Assembly (NCBI RefSeq): GCF_000143415.4
Contig: NW_003314343.1
Span: forward strand, 682,813 to 746,812
Direction of reading: 5' to 3'
DNA length: 64,000 nucleotides
DNA from: Selaginella moellendorffii
Taxonomy: Eukaryota; Plantae; Lycopodiophyta
Each line of letters starts with the position of its first letter. Position 1 is the stretch's first letter. The notes under the pieces were generated by a model, which was given only the letters and a program-made list of their open reading frames with translations, ran no database searches and had not been told where the DNA came from. This document shows positions 63,400 to 64,000 of this stretch, in pieces. A program made the translations under genes and the position numbers.

Positions 63400-64000
63400 A
63401 GGGCGATCAGGTGTTCCTTCCACCTGCAGGGTCTGGAAACTCCAAGCACTTCTTCTTCCAGATTTCCAATCCAGATCTTGTGGTGGACAACAATGGTATC
63501 ATCTTATGCCCAGGCATCCGAGTGCTGGTGGCATACGCGGAAAATGGGCATGTTGAGGAAGCCAAGTTTGTGTTGAATTGTTTGCCAGAGACACTTGCAG
63601 AACTGGTATATGAGACAAGTCTGGCTCATCTCTTGTGGTCTATGTTAAGCGCTTACGTTAAACATGCAAATCTTAGTGTCAGTGTATGACTCAATGCCAA
63701 AGAGAGATCTTGATGGATATACGTTGGAACACCTTGCTTGATGGATATACAATGACCAGGTATTTACACAAACCTAAGATTTTGTTTGACTCACTGCCAC
63801 AGAAACTTGATCTCAATCCAGGAACCTTGGAGATGTTTTATGACCATGCTTGAAAGAGACACTGTCGTGGTGCTTGCTGCATATAAATTTGGATGAATCC
63901 AAGCTTGACAACTTGGAACACAAGCCTCTCGGCTTTTGAACCGCCTCAGATGCCAACGGTAATGCTGTCAGTGTGTGAGAGAAATCTCCTAGCTTTGACC
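63400..64000 (+). pseudogene. Decayed PPR gene fragment
   Basis: LVAYAENGHVEEAKFV...LPE, WSMLSAYVKH, WNTLLDGY and FDSLPQ motifs, with frameshifts. Confidence 0.7.

Overview
Eukaryotic plant genomic DNA, most likely the lycophyte Selaginella (inferred from ~45-60 bp introns, tight gene packing, PPR-gene debris and a chromodomain-type gypsy element). Layout: (1) 1-11 kb is nested, decayed Ty3/gypsy retrotransposons, including a solo LTR with a perfect 5-bp TSD. (2) 11-21.5 kb holds a ~2 kb duplicated unit carrying two intronless F-box genes, separated by an (AT)n tract, LTR debris and a Gly-rich ORF. (3) 21.6-42.4 kb is a dense block of five intact multi-exon genes: MPP alpha, an SMP/C2 synaptotagmin-like protein, a PPPDE/DeSI peptidase, an RBOH NADPH oxidase and a very large USP9X/Fat-facets-like deubiquitinase. 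(4) 42.5-47 kb is a mosaic island with two divergently oriented, membrane-anchored GAE-like SDR genes that share a remodelled active site, plus aspartic-protease and PPR fragments. (5) 47-64 kb is a transposon nest: Harbinger remnant, reciprocally nested LTR families, a TRIM, a 100-N gap and a PPR remnant. The most novel-looking item is the pair of SDR genes lacking the YxxxK lysine. Exon boundaries and family calls were made by eye, without database searches.
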